From IMG/VR virus record IMGVR_UViG_3300044634_004833, positions 90,942 to 154,941 of that record: a stretch of DNA of 64,000 bases; one strand, given 5' to 3'. The stretch is from a virus. Under the pieces are notes generated by a model. It searched no databases, had not been told where the DNA came from, and saw only the letters and a list, made by a program, of their open reading frames with translations. Below are positions 1-10,112 of the stretch, one piece after another (position 1 is the first letter of the stretch; every line of letters begins with the position of its first letter). The position numbers and the translations under genes are program-made.

Positions 1-2367
1 AAGTTTGCTGCTTCTATTCATAAAATAGAATCACAAGCTGGGCTGGCAAAAAAAGAAATAAAAGGTGGAACTGCAGATCCATATCTGTTGCAAATAAGCA
101 ACGAAGCAGACCAAGTGTGGCCTCCTGCTGGCACAAAAGATAATCCTAGCAACATTTATGTGTTCAAAGCTGGATTTGATCCGCAAAAATGCAGATTGAT
201 GGGCAAAGGACAAGTTTGGTGCATCTCTAGCTCTCATTTCAAAAAATGGACTATGGCATATAGAATAAACAGAGGTCAAGTTCAATACTTTATTTTTGAT
301 TTAAACAAAGACAAAGATGATCCAACACGTTATGTAAATGCAGGTGTTGCAGAATCAGAAGAGGCAGAAGATGAAGATTATGATACATCTACACTCATGG
401 GAGGCGAATGGGTTGATGCCAGAAATCATCCAGATGAAATAGAAGGTTATTCAAGCGTTGAAGAGTATGAAAGGTATTTGGCCAGCAAAGGAGTTCCTGT
501 TGAAAAAGTTTTTGTGCCAGAACCACTAAGTGATGATGAAAAAAAATTAAAAACATATTTAAAACAACAAAACTGGAAGGAAGCCAAAGCTTTAAGCACG
601 GAGCTTTGGGAAGCCTACATATTGTTATCAGATAGACTGCCAGATGAAGCTTACAATACGCTTTCTGAAGAACAAAAAACAACTTTTAGACATGGTAAAT
701 TACAAACTTTAACTACAAAGCAAATAAGCGATGCTGTTGGTGAAAGGAAAAATAATAAGAGGAATTTCAAAGAATGGGTAAAAAGCTTATTATTGTACGA
801 TATGACAGTCGAGGATATGCTGGGACTAGTTCCCGAAAATGAACAATATGAATTTATGGACGAATTTTTAGGATCTGTTCAAGATGGAACTCTTACCAAA
901 TTACTTTCACATGGATTAAGAACTATTAATAATAAACAATTTTCAGATTTGCTTATAAAGCATAGTGAAAAATTTGACAACTCAGCTTATATTGACATGC
1001 TTATTTCTAAAGGAATAACAGAGTTTTCTCCAGAAAATATAAAAGTAATTGAAAATATGCCAGAATATAATTTTGGCAATAGCATGCTTAGTCTTATGCC
1101 TGATAAAGGCGGGGATGAAAATTCTGAGACGATGTTTTGGAGTTTGGTTGAAAACCATGCTGATGTTGTGGCCAAAAAGCTTTCTAAAAACAAAATTTTG
1201 TATTCAAATATTTTGAACCTTTTTGGTGATTATAAAATGTTCACAAAGTTTTTTAATGCAATAAATCCAGAGATTATGAAATATTTGGGTGGCAAGATAG
1301 AATCTTCTCTAGATTGGATGTCTCATTCTGACTTGAAAAATTTGCTTAATAAAAGTAATAGCGATATCGTAAAATTTATTTACGATAATACAAATGAATA
1401 TACTCATAGGAAATTATCTCCATTTTTTGACGAAGGAAATAACGATACAGCTAAATTGTCTCATCTAAAACATGCTAAATATAACTTTGAAAATGGCGAA
1501 TTATTAAATGGGATTTTAAATTCCAAAAACCCTTTGAGTTTTATATCTGACATAGGTGTTGAAAAGTTTAGAAAACTTCTATGGTATCCCGAATTCATTG
1601 TGAAGGCTATTGAAGTTTTGAATAGAACAAGATCAATTTCACAAAATGATATTTATGATTTGATATCCACTGAAACTTTAGACAATTTAGGCTATGAAGA
1701 CATAAAAAATCTTTTGAAAAAACTACATTTTGATCAAATGTCAGAGTCCAAACTTGTAGATTACCTGTTGCAAAGATTAATTGGAATGGAAGTATCTGGA
1801 GGAAAGAAAATAGAGTCTAGCAAAGAGGATAGAATCGCTGAATTATTAAATTCTATTCATAGTCTGGATAATTCTCTATCTGTTTCAAAATTGCAAAAGC
1901 TAAAGAATATGGCTGGCGACAGTGTGTGGAATAATATAAAGCCACAAGCTGTGGCAGAATTTTTGCTTAGATTGCCGGAACTACGTTTAAACGAATCAAC
2001 TATAAATGAAATAGCAAATTTGTTTAATTTGCAATCTTTGGAATCTTTGCCAGTTTCCATTTTGGTGAAACTGCTTGATAAGCTTCCAAATTTAAATTAC
2101 ACCAATGGATTTTACCAAGCTATAAAAAATGATCTTGGTTCGTACATGAGATACATGCCACCCTTTGTTGTGCTTCTTCTTGATAAAGCAAAAGGCAAAA
2201 TAGTTTTATCGCCAGCAGAAATTGCCGATTTGATAAACAAAAAGGAATTTACTGCTGTTGAGACAATAAAAAGGCTGGGCAAGGAACGAATGACCCCGCA
2301 GGTTGTTGCGCTTTTGAAGCCAAAAATCAGGGATTATTATCAAAGCGATATGCTTCCGAGGATGTAG
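1..2367 (+). CDS. 5'-truncated large phage protein with conserved 'KCR.MGKGQ.WCISSS' domain; paralog of 25762..28293
   Basis: Frame +1 is open from base 1 (KFAASIHKIES...), so the TTG at 88 is not the true start. Near-identical block NIYVFK..KCRLMGKGQVWCISSS..QYFIFD..DP.RYVN.GVA..EWVD.RN in the paralog. Confidence 0.8.
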   Translation, partial: KFAASIHKIESQAGLAKKEIKGGTADPYLLQISNEADQVWPPAGTKDNPSNIYVFKAGFDPQKCRLMGKGQVWCISSSHFKKWTMAYRINRGQVQYFIFDLNKDKDDPTRYVNAGVAESEEAEDEDYDTSTLMGGEWVDARNHPDEIEGYSSVEEYERYLASKGVPVEKVFVPEPLSDDEKKLKTYLKQQNWKEAKALSTELWEAYILLSDRLPDEAYNTLSEEQKTTFRHGKLQTLTTKQISDAVGERKNNKRNFKEWVKSLLLYDMTVEDMLGLVPENEQYEFMDEFLGSVQDGTLTKLLSHGLRTINNKQFSDLLIKHSEKFDNSAYIDMLISKGITEFSPENIKVIENMPEYNFGNSMLSLMPDKGGDENSETMFWSLVENHADVVAKKLSKNKILYSNILNLFGDYKMFTKFFNAINPEIMKYLGGKIESSLDWMSHSDLKNLLNKSNSDIVKFIYDNTNEYTHRKLSPFFDEGNNDTAKLSHLKHAKYNFENGELLNGILNSKNPLSFISDIGVEKFRKLLWYPEFIVKAIEVLNRTRSISQNDIYDLISTETLDNLGYEDIKNLLKKLHFDQMSESKLVDYLLQRLIGMEVSGGKKIESSKEDRIAELLNSIHSLDNSLSVSKLQKLKNMAGDSVWNNIKPQAVAEFLLRLPELRLNESTINEIANLFNLQSLESLPVSILVKLLDKLPNLNYTNGFYQAIKNDLGSYMRYMPPFVVLLLDKAKGKIVLSPAEIADLINKKEFTAVETIKRLGKERMTPQVVALLKPKIRDYYQSDMLPRM

Positions 2368-2380
2368 TTTCGTCAACCAC

Positions 2381-2390
2381 CCCCTATAAT
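2381..2390 (+). promoter_or_regulatory. class B promoter motif CCCCTATAAT
   Basis: Recurrent intergenic CCC(C/G)TATAAT upstream of an SD and ATG 2419. Confidence 0.65.
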
Positions 2391-2418
2391 TTAAATAAAA
2401 TCAAGGAGGACAACAATC

Positions 2419-2940
2419 ATGAAATTTAAAATTACGATCTTTTTGACGGCTATGCCTTTTATACTTTTTATTCTGCAAAGTCAGACACAGTTTTCAAAAA
2501 TTAATGATAAAAACATAAAGTTGGAAAATGAAGTAGCAGTATTAAAAAGCGAATTAAATAATCTTCAAGAAACAACGATTGTCAAAATGTTTCAATCCGC
2601 AGAAGAAGCAAAAAAGAAAGCTTTGGATATGCTTGACCAGAATATTCAAATTTATAAAAAAAATGAAGAGTTTAGAATAAAACTATTAAAAGAGTTGGCT
2701 GAAGCTTCTGATACTGCCAACAAATATGTTGAAGCCTATGCCAAAAATATTGATTTGGGAGAATATGGCAAAATGGAACTGATTGCTACTGCTTCTCCAA
2801 AAAAGAGGAAACAATTAGAATCGGCTATTGAAAATACTATTAGGCATACAACAGAAGAACAAAGAGAGAAGGATATTGAATTGAAGAAACATTTGTATGA
2901 AGCTAAAAAAGCATTGCATAATATTAAGAATAATTTTTAG
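2419..2940 (+). CDS. hypothetical protein, N-terminal membrane anchor/signal plus coiled coil
   Basis: SD AAGGAGG; hydrophobic N-terminus; heptad-rich. Confidence 0.75.
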   Translation: MKFKITIFLTAMPFILFILQSQTQFSKINDKNIKLENEVAVLKSELNNLQETTIVKMFQSAEEAKKKALDMLDQNIQIYKKNEEFRIKLLKELAEASDTANKYVEAYAKNIDLGEYGKMELIATASPKKRKQLESAIENTIRHTTEEQREKDIELKKHLYEAKKALHNIKNNF

Positions 2941-3353
2941 TCTTCTTCTTCTCCTTCAAGATCTTCTAATTCCAAATGTGAGTCCTCTATTTCACCACAG
3001 AAAACACCAAATTTACTAGATAGATGCCCAACTACTTCGATAGGAACTCTGCTGAAAAACAATCCTTGGTTTTGATTATTGCATTTATGCTTTTTCAATT
3101 CTTTTTTGCCAATCTTAACAAGATGGTAGTCTTTGTCTAACAATCTATCTAAAATGTTTAAAAATATTATTGGATTGCCATCTACAAATATGGGCTCAAG
3201 ACTTTTATTTTCTTCATCAAAACAACAATATGCATACTTGTCATCAAGGTATTCAAAAGTAATAAATTTTATTTTTTCATCAAGACATTCTAAAATTTGT
3301 TTAAACCAAGATTTTTCATGCTGCACAAGTGGAATAAGTTTTAGTTTTTCCAT
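2937..3353 (-). CDS. hypothetical protein, acidic C-terminus
   Basis: 138 aa ORF; CATAAATA box 5 nt before ATG. Confidence 0.7.
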   Translation of the reverse strand: MEKLKLIPLVQHEKSWFKQILECLDEKIKFITFEYLDDKYAYCCFDEENKSLEPIFVDGNPIIFLNILDRLLDKDYHLVKIGKKELKKHKCNNQNQGLFFSRVPIEVVGHLSSKFGVFCGEIEDSHLELEDLEGEEED

Positions 3354-3358
3354 ACCTC

Positions 3359-3366
3359 TATTTATG
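3359..3366 (-). promoter_or_regulatory. T4-late-like promoter CATAAATA
   Basis: 5 nt before ATG 3353. Confidence 0.6.
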
Positions 3367-3396
3367 GGTTTTGTTAATTTTTATTTATTCAGAAAC

Positions 3397-3404
3397 TATA
3401 AATA
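3397..3404 (+). promoter_or_regulatory. T4-late-like promoter TATAAATA
   Basis: Exact T4 late consensus upstream of helicase ATG 3428. Confidence 0.6.
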
Positions 3405-3427
3405 GAATATACTTTGTGGAGATAGAA

Positions 3428-6298
3428 ATGAAGAATTTAGAGGGTTGCACATTCATCGAATGGCTCAAAATTGATGAAAACATGGTTTTTATGACAGAAG
3501 CAGAAGATACTAATCCAAAAGATACTGATCCAAAAGATACTGATCCAAAAGATACTGATCCAAACGCTAAAGGTGAAATTGCTACCGATCCAAAAGCAGG
3601 ACATACTTTATTTGTTGTTCAAAATAAAAATACGGGCAAAATTTATGCTGCAAGACCATTTTTTCCAATTGGAACAAGTAATATTTCTTTTGGAGAAAAA
3701 ACTATAAACTTCCAAAAAGGTAAGATTTCTTTTGTTCTTAAAATTGAAGAATTTAAAAAAGAATATCAATTTATGGCAGAAAAAAGCGCTCCAAACAAAC
3801 CAATAAAATTCAGTTCAAGGAAAGGTTTTATATATGATGCTGTTAATCCAATTTTTGACGGATTCATATATCCTGCGAGATTTTGCAGGATGGAATTAGT
3901 TCCCGTTATTGACGGTAAGCAGACAGCAGCAAATACTACAAACATTCCTGTTGTAGACACAACTGGATACAATCCTTGCAAAGATAAAGAAGAAGCTCCC
4001 AAACCTGGTACTGCTGGAGCTAGTGCTGCCGTTGCTAAACAACCAGAAAGCAATGATAAAAAATCTGGCGATCAAGCTGATGTAAAAGTACATGTAAATG
4101 AATTAGATGAAGATTGCAAAATGAAGCTTGGAGACCCTGAAAAGAAATTTGTTGATGAAGCTTTTTATAATGTTTTAAAATCTGGCAAGCGTGGAAATAT
4201 TGTTGTTAATGCTTTGGCAGGTTCTGGCAAAACTAGTACACTTGTTTGTCTCTGGGAAAAGTATGGAATGTATAGTGGTCAAAGATGGTTGTATTTAGTT
4301 TTTAATAAAAAAAATCAACTAGAAGCAGCAGAAAGATTTAGATCAGTTGACCAGAAAGAATTAACAAGTGCAAAAGGTGAAAAATATATTGTTAACAATG
4401 ATATTATCATTAAAACTACAAATAAGTTTTTAGGCGATGTATTGAAGCAAACCCCTGGATATCATGTTCCAAGAACTGAAAGAAGTGGCGATGCCTTTTT
4501 AGCTGGGCAAAAGTTTGATGATAAAGGAACCCCTTTGCCACTCAGAAAAAAATATGAACAAATAACAAAGATTGCAGTTGCACAAGATACAGTAGAATTT
4601 GACAATCTTGTAGAAGATTCCAGTTTGCCAAAATATGATGTTGTGAAAAACAAATTGTCATCTAATAGGGTAGACACTAGATATTCTGCTTTGGGCGGCA
4701 AAGGTTTGTCTTTTGTAAAAAGACAAAGGAAAGCTATTATCGAAGCATCGGAAAAACTTGCAAATTTATCAAAACAATTTGGGGCAGATCCATTTGATAA
4801 TAAAAAACTAGAAGAAAAATTAGATAACATTCTTGACAGATATGATATTTCTATAAACCTTAGTAAGGTTATGGAAGGTTGGTATGAAATTCCTAATAAT
4901 CGCTTTTTTTCTACGGAGTATAGGAATTTGTGGTACCACGTTAATTCTTTTATTGAAGATATTTCATTAAAAGAAAAATTAGATATTATTAAGCAGTTGG
5001 CAAAATGGCTATTAATAAAAACTGCTCCAGGCAATAAAGATTTAAATGATGCGCCACTTAAAAATGGTAAAAATATGTCGCAAATGGCAAAAACAAAACT
5101 TGGAGCAAAAATAGATTTCGATAAAGTAAGAGACTTTGACGACGACTACTGGTACTCTGGGATTAATATGGAAAAAATTAATTGGCCTAAGTATAATGTT
5201 GTTCTTGCCGATGAAATTCAAGATTTTAATTCTGTGCAAAAAGAGATGTTGAAAAAATTAGCGGAAAAAGGAGCTACTATTATAGGTGTTGGGGATCCCA
5301 ATCAAGCAATTTATAGATTCCGTGGTGCAGAAGCTAGTAGCTTTGATGATATTGTAGAAACATTGAAAAAAGATAATTTAAGTATCCAAGGAACAGATGA
5401 TATCATTAAAGGAATGCCTACAAATTACAGAAGCAGACAAGCAGTTATTGATTATGTAAATAAGGCAACAAAAGTAAATAACTTGGTTCGTGGCAAGAAG
5501 TACGAGGATGACTATCATGGGGAAGTTACAACTAACAAAAGCGTAAAGGATATGTTGTCTGAAATTCAGGGATATATCAAAAATGGGGAATTAGACAAAA
5601 GTACGGCAGTTATAGCTCGAACAAATGCTCCTTTGGGGGCTCTTATGGTTCCTATGTTAAAAAGAGGTATACCATTTGCAGCTATTGGTACTGATTTCAT
5701 TTCAGAAATTAAAAAAGAAATGCAAACAATATTAGATGATCTTGGTATTGATGAATATTATGATTTAAATTCAATACTTGGCGATTCAGAGGATAATCAA
5801 CCCAATTATGATGATGAAAATTCAGGCGAATACGGCACAAAAGGAGAGAATAGTCAATTAGAAAAATTTTACTTAAATAAAGTTAGACAATATCAAGGCA
5901 TTCCAAGTAAACAAAAAGTACTGAAAGAACTTAGAAAAAATATAGATACAATGGCGCAAGTTATCTATGCTGCTATGGAAGAGGATGACTCAATAAAAAA
6001 TATGAGTGGTGTATATGGCTGGCTTGAAGATAAATTCAAGAAGAATATTGTTGATGTCAAAAAATTGAAAAAATCAGATTTGAAAGATAAAGTAATTTTG
6101 ACAAGCGTTCACAAAAGTAAGGGGTTTGAATTTGGCAGAGTATATCTTTTAGATATTGAAAATTTCCCCCATGCAATGGCAACTAGAGATGAAGACAAAG
6201 AACAAGAAGAAAACGCCAAATATGTTGCCATGACCAGAGCAGAAGAAGAACTTCACATTCTAAAACAAAATCCAGACGAAAAATGGAAAGACATTTAA
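3428..6298 (+). CDS. SF1 UvrD/Rep-family DNA helicase with long N-terminal extension
   Basis: Motifs ALAGSGKTS, LVFNK, LADEIQD, VGDPNQAIYRFRGA, NYRS, IARTN, VHKSKGFEF, YVAMTRA; start set at ATG 3428 (GGAG upstream). Confidence 0.92.
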   Translation: MKNLEGCTFIEWLKIDENMVFMTEAEDTNPKDTDPKDTDPKDTDPNAKGEIATDPKAGHTLFVVQNKNTGKIYAARPFFPIGTSNISFGEKTINFQKGKISFVLKIEEFKKEYQFMAEKSAPNKPIKFSSRKGFIYDAVNPIFDGFIYPARFCRMELVPVIDGKQTAANTTNIPVVDTTGYNPCKDKEEAPKPGTAGASAAVAKQPESNDKKSGDQADVKVHVNELDEDCKMKLGDPEKKFVDEAFYNVLKSGKRGNIVVNALAGSGKTSTLVCLWEKYGMYSGQRWLYLVFNKKNQLEAAERFRSVDQKELTSAKGEKYIVNNDIIIKTTNKFLGDVLKQTPGYHVPRTERSGDAFLAGQKFDDKGTPLPLRKKYEQITKIAVAQDTVEFDNLVEDSSLPKYDVVKNKLSSNRVDTRYSALGGKGLSFVKRQRKAIIEASEKLANLSKQFGADPFDNKKLEEKLDNILDRYDISINLSKVMEGWYEIPNNRFFSTEYRNLWYHVNSFIEDISLKEKLDIIKQLAKWLLIKTAPGNKDLNDAPLKNGKNMSQMAKTKLGAKIDFDKVRDFDDDYWYSGINMEKINWPKYNVVLADEIQDFNSVQKEMLKKLAEKGATIIGVGDPNQAIYRFRGAEASSFDDIVETLKKDNLSIQGTDDIIKGMPTNYRSRQAVIDYVNKATKVNNLVRGKKYEDDYHGEVTTNKSVKDMLSEIQGYIKNGELDKSTAVIARTNAPLGALMVPMLKRGIPFAAIGTDFISEIKKEMQTILDDLGIDEYYDLNSILGDSEDNQPNYDDENSGEYGTKGENSQLEKFYLNKVRQYQGIPSKQKVLKELRKNIDTMAQVIYAAMEEDDSIKNMSGVYGWLEDKFKKNIVDVKKLKKSDLKDKVILTSVHKSKGFEFGRVYLLDIENFPHAMATRDEDKEQEENAKYVAMTRAEEELHILKQNPDEKWKDI
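3506..3565 (+). repeat. 4 x 15 bp in-frame tandem repeat (DT[ND]PK)
   Basis: GATACT(A/G)ATCCAAA(A/C) x4. Confidence 0.95.
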
Positions 6299-7047
6299 AG
6301 TTTGTGTTGGGCGAGGATTTGCTTAACTTGATTTAGTTTTGCAATCCATCCATTATAAACAGAAATCCAATGGTTTTGCCAACCATGTGATCCAGTATTC
6401 TTAGATGCTGGCTTATTTAAATAATATTTGTGTGTAAGTTTATCGTATTCCAAGCCTGATATAATGCTGTCAATATAATTGCTTGATATTTGTTTTTTGG
6501 CTAAGGTTTGTAGATTGCCTTTCATTATTTCTTGAAATTTTGTTTTAAGTATTTTATCTTTATCGAGCTCTTCTAATTGTTCTTTGCTGAATCTATTTGT
6601 TCCCTGTACATTATCATGTAACTTCTTGTCTTCTGCTGCTTGTTCAACTACTTCTTTTGTTTGAATTCTCATTACATCTTGAACTTCATTTGGAAACAAA
6701 GTTTTAAATGCATTGAATGTTTTGTTTTTCTTATCAATTTTTAAAATTTCTTGTTGAATTTTTGTTGCAGTGGCTTGGTCAACTGGTTCTGCATTAGCCT
6801 TTTTCTTTTTTCCTGCTGCTGCTAAAGGCGTTCTTTGTTGAATTGATAAATTTTGATTAGCAGATTGGTTTGTAGGTGTTCCACCACCTAATCCAGAAAT
6901 TGCTGCGCCAGCTAATCCTTTTGCTGCGCCACCTATTGCTGATAATACGTTTCCTATGAATTCATTTACTAAAGACTCTTCTTTAATTTGGCTAATTAGC
7001 TCAGAGTCTTTGGAATTTACATATTTTTCAAAAGATATCTTTTTCAT
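6295..7047 (-). CDS. hypothetical protein with capsid-targeting-like N-terminus
   Basis: MKKISFEKYV; TATAAATA at 7066-7073 on the minus strand. Confidence 0.75.
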   Translation of the reverse strand: MKKISFEKYVNSKDSELISQIKEESLVNEFIGNVLSAIGGAAKGLAGAAISGLGGGTPTNQSANQNLSIQQRTPLAAAGKKKKANAEPVDQATATKIQQEILKIDKKNKTFNAFKTLFPNEVQDVMRIQTKEVVEQAAEDKKLHDNVQGTNRFSKEQLEELDKDKILKTKFQEIMKGNLQTLAKKQISSNYIDSIISGLEYDKLTHKYYLNKPASKNTGSHGWQNHWISVYNGWIAKLNQVKQILAQHKL

Positions 7048-7099
7048 AATTGGTAGTCCTTATTTTATTTATAATTTTTGGTAGTTTTTTTTAAATGCT

Positions 7100-7109
7100 A
7101 CCCTATAAT
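7100..7109 (+). promoter_or_regulatory. class B promoter motif ACCCTATAAT
   Basis: Variant of the recurrent motif. Confidence 0.5.
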
Positions 7110-7169
7110 CTATGCGGTAAGAATGCAGCAAACATGGCTAAGACTACTGGGTAGTTAGGCAAACTAGGG

Positions 7170-7196
7170 CTGCGATAAATTTATCGTGGCCCCTAG
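7170..7196 (+). promoter_or_regulatory. class A motif CTGCGATAA-N14-CTAG within an imperfect palindrome
   Basis: Exact spacing; upstream of ATG 7237. Confidence 0.75.
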
Positions 7197-7236
7197 TATT
7201 TTGTTTCCTAACCCTTTAATTCTGGAGTAAACCAAT

Positions 7237-8211
7237 ATGTCAAACTACATTTTAAAATACGATGATGTTATTAAAAATAAAAATATTAAAAACTGTATGA
7301 GTGCAGATATGAAGTATAGACATGTTATGCCTGTAATAGTTTGCGACAGGGAAGGATGGAAAGCTTTTAACACCGATGAATACTATTTAAAAATTCATAA
7401 GCCTGTTGAAGTAATGAGTATCGAAGAATTGGAGCAGGAAATTAGAGCATGTTATTTACCATCTCTTGAACATAATTCTGATTTCAAGAAAAACTATGGT
7501 GAACTATCTATTGATCTGATTGATTTGATCAAAATGTTTCATTTACGGCGTTCAAAGTGTCAACAAGAATTGTTGGCTAGGAAAAATTATTATAGAAACC
7601 TAGAAGATATTGAATTTGTACTGGAAGATAACGGATTTAAGATGGGTATTAGTAAAGTATTTGAAGATGGCAGAGTTTTTGGAAGGAAATTAATTGATGA
7701 TAGTCATGTAGCTATGTTTTGGCCCGGATATCGCAAATTATTAATTCATGAATTTGATTGGCTGTCCTATAACAAAGCATTAGAAAATCATAAAAAATTG
7801 AATATTAGCCCTGAAGAATTTAAGAATAATTATGAAGATCTTTATTTTCTTGATCATACTTTGGTAGGCAATAGTGATAATCCTAATGGAAGCCTGATTA
7901 TTTTTGAGAAATTATCAGGTGAATGGCATCGTTGTGGACAAGAGTATTCTTTTGAATATAAATATGGCTGGGAAAATGAACTGCCATCATTTCTTGAGGA
8001 TAGTATCAAAAATTTTCATTATCCCAACTGTCAAAAGTGTGGCGACCCCATGTACACAGAAACAGTCCATATAACTAAAATAAATGCCAATGTAACATAT
8101 TGGAAATGTTGTAACAGCAAAAAAAAGAACTGTCGAAAAAAATACGAGTGCGGAAAAGATAACCTTGTAATGAAGTATCCTTTCTTTGACAAGGCTTTAA
8201 CCCCAGCGTAA
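7237..8211 (+). CDS. hypothetical protein with C-terminal zinc ribbon
   Basis: CQKCG...CC..C..C near the C-terminus; SD GGAG. Confidence 0.75.
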   Translation: MSNYILKYDDVIKNKNIKNCMSADMKYRHVMPVIVCDREGWKAFNTDEYYLKIHKPVEVMSIEELEQEIRACYLPSLEHNSDFKKNYGELSIDLIDLIKMFHLRRSKCQQELLARKNYYRNLEDIEFVLEDNGFKMGISKVFEDGRVFGRKLIDDSHVAMFWPGYRKLLIHEFDWLSYNKALENHKKLNISPEEFKNNYEDLYFLDHTLVGNSDNPNGSLIIFEKLSGEWHRCGQEYSFEYKYGWENELPSFLEDSIKNFHYPNCQKCGDPMYTETVHITKINANVTYWKCCNSKKKNCRKKYECGKDNLVMKYPFFDKALTPA

Positions 8212-8222
8212 GGAGACAAAAA

Positions 8223-8642
8223 ATGTCACAATTAAAAGTTTTCACTCTTTCGACGGATATGAATGATGCAGAATTAGATTTGACAATAAAAAAGATGCAT
8301 CATATTAATAAAACAGAAGAAGGCCCATCTGTTTTAACAATTGATGGTTTTTGCAAAGACCCAAGACCACTTTGGCAAATTAAAGAAGTTGTTCAATTTG
8401 CTAAAAAGTTGGTATCCAAAGGAGTTTGTAATGAACTTGTTACCTCTACGAACATCAAAGAGGTAATGCCAGAAGATGTAGATCCTAATATATTGTTGAA
8501 TAGTTTGGGAAGTATGGAAGTTTGGCTTTTGTCTAAGGGATACAAATTAGAGAGTGTTTTGATTACGATTGGACTCATGCAAGAATTTGTAGAAGATTTT
8601 CAGGTACATGCTCCTGAATACAAAAGGATTCTACAAAGTTAA
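8223..8642 (+). CDS. hypothetical protein, CRR6/DUF1817-like
   Basis: IDGFCKDPRPLWQIKEV resembles the GY.DDPREL.EIPEV motif. Confidence 0.5.
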   Translation: MSQLKVFTLSTDMNDAELDLTIKKMHHINKTEEGPSVLTIDGFCKDPRPLWQIKEVVQFAKKLVSKGVCNELVTSTNIKEVMPEDVDPNILLNSLGSMEVWLLSKGYKLESVLITIGLMQEFVEDFQVHAPEYKRILQS

Positions 8643-8665
8643 AGTTTAAAAAATATAATTTTTTT

Positions 8666-8697
8666 AAGAGCCAAGGCGTTCTTGGTTCTTTTTTTTT
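8666..8697 (+). terminator. rho-independent terminator
   Basis: AAGAGCCAAG-gcgtt-CTTGGTTCTT plus T-run. Confidence 0.8.
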
Positions 8698-8701
8698 AAT
8701 G

Positions 8702-8711
8702 CCCCTATAAT
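8702..8711 (+). promoter_or_regulatory. class B promoter motif CCCCTATAAT
   Basis: Directly after the terminator, before GGAGG and ATG 8747. Confidence 0.7.
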
Positions 8712-8746
8712 TTTAGCGGTCACCATATCCATCGGAGGGAAACATA

Positions 8747-8956
8747 ATGATGCCTATCGACCATATTCCTGCTTATGTTCAGTTTTTTGCCCAAAGCCAA
8801 TATGAAGTTGCTTTTTATATTAATAAACCTCGTAGGGTTAGAAGCACACAAATAGTTAGTGCAAACTCTAGTTCTGATGCAAAAGCACTTATTATTGCTC
8901 AGTATGGCAAGGACAATGTAAGCATCATCTCTACCAAAAAGGTAGAAAGGAAGTGA
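8747..8956 (+). CDS. small hypothetical protein
   Basis: SD GGAGG; promoter upstream. Confidence 0.65.
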   Translation: MMPIDHIPAYVQFFAQSQYEVAFYINKPRRVRSTQIVSANSSSDAKALIIAQYGKDNVSIISTKKVERK

Positions 8957-8959
8957 TGT

Positions 8960-10084
8960 GTGAGCATCAAAGACAATGTGGCCAAGAAGAAGGCCAGAGA
9001 AGATAGAATCCGTAAAGCGAAACACGAAGAAAGTCGCAGAAAATGCTATCCCCCTATTGTAATAATAAATGGGGATCAAGTATCTTCGTATTTTCTTAAT
9101 GCAATTACTAAAGCTGTTGATACTATTAATTTTGATAGTATTTCATCATTCCACAAAGATAAAGATCCAAGAGAATACTTGAGAAAAATAACAAGAGCTG
9201 AATCATCAGATGTATATTTTCAAGAAGGAGGTAGCCAATACTTAACTTCTTTGCATTTGTATATTTGGGCTGCATTGATTCAGTCTATTGGTATTGATAA
9301 AGTAAAAGCTTTGATGCCTGAAGAAGGATTTCGTGTAGCTTTTTGCAAAAATACTATATTTGTTATTTGCAAAAAAATATATGCCAATAATTCGATTCAC
9401 AATAGATTTTATACTAACAATAATTATGTGCAGGTAGGCAAAAAAAACTACAAGCTTCATTATTCGAAGCATATGGTTGAAAGGTTGTTTGAACGAGGTA
9501 ATTATATAACCGAAAACCAAGCGGGCGAATGGGCCGAAGCTTTTAGAACAGCGTGGGTTTTTTCTCTATTCTATGATATTGTAGATATAAATCTTTATAA
9601 GATTAGTGCTTCTTTCAACCAAATATTTGTAGATTTCTATGTTTTAGCGTCGGGTATTGAATTCAATTTGGTTGAGCATACAAACACAATAGTTGAATCA
9701 TGGTCTGAGAACATTCTTGTTAATTCAGATGGATTGCTTGTTGCGAAGCGAATAGTTGCCCCTATGGCTATATTTGATGCTGAAGGCGATGGTAAATTTG
9801 ATGATATTGTTTTAAAAACAAGTTTGCTTCCTGGATTTGAAGGAACTTTGGAACATAGCATCATGAACAGAATAACTTTCCCTAGATATGTGAAAAAGGC
9901 ATGTTTAGATGTTTTAGATGATCCACAAAGGAGATATACAAAAGAGTATACTGGAGTTCAGCATATGTTCAACAAACGATGTGCGCCACAATACTATTGG
10001 CTTCAAAACAACAAGACCAAATCGATAGCTTTGAGAAATCTAACCGACAAAGCCGATTCGATTCCAGAAATTAAACACAACTAA
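8960..10084 (+). CDS. hypothetical protein
   Basis: 374 aa ORF, GTG start, coupled to the upstream gene. Confidence 0.75.
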   Translation: MSIKDNVAKKKAREDRIRKAKHEESRRKCYPPIVIINGDQVSSYFLNAITKAVDTINFDSISSFHKDKDPREYLRKITRAESSDVYFQEGGSQYLTSLHLYIWAALIQSIGIDKVKALMPEEGFRVAFCKNTIFVICKKIYANNSIHNRFYTNNNYVQVGKKNYKLHYSKHMVERLFERGNYITENQAGEWAEAFRTAWVFSLFYDIVDINLYKISASFNQIFVDFYVLASGIEFNLVEHTNTIVESWSENILVNSDGLLVAKRIVAPMAIFDAEGDGKFDDIVLKTSLLPGFEGTLEHSIMNRITFPRYVKKACLDVLDDPQRRYTKEYTGVQHMFNKRCAPQYYWLQNNKTKSIALRNLTDKADSIPEIKHN

Positions 10085-10100
10085 TTTTAAAGCTCCGCCC

Positions 10101-10108
10101 CATAAATA
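10101..10108 (+). promoter_or_regulatory. T4-late-like promoter CATAAATA
   Basis: 4 nt before ATG 10113. Confidence 0.6.
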
Positions 10109-10112
10109 TGGC

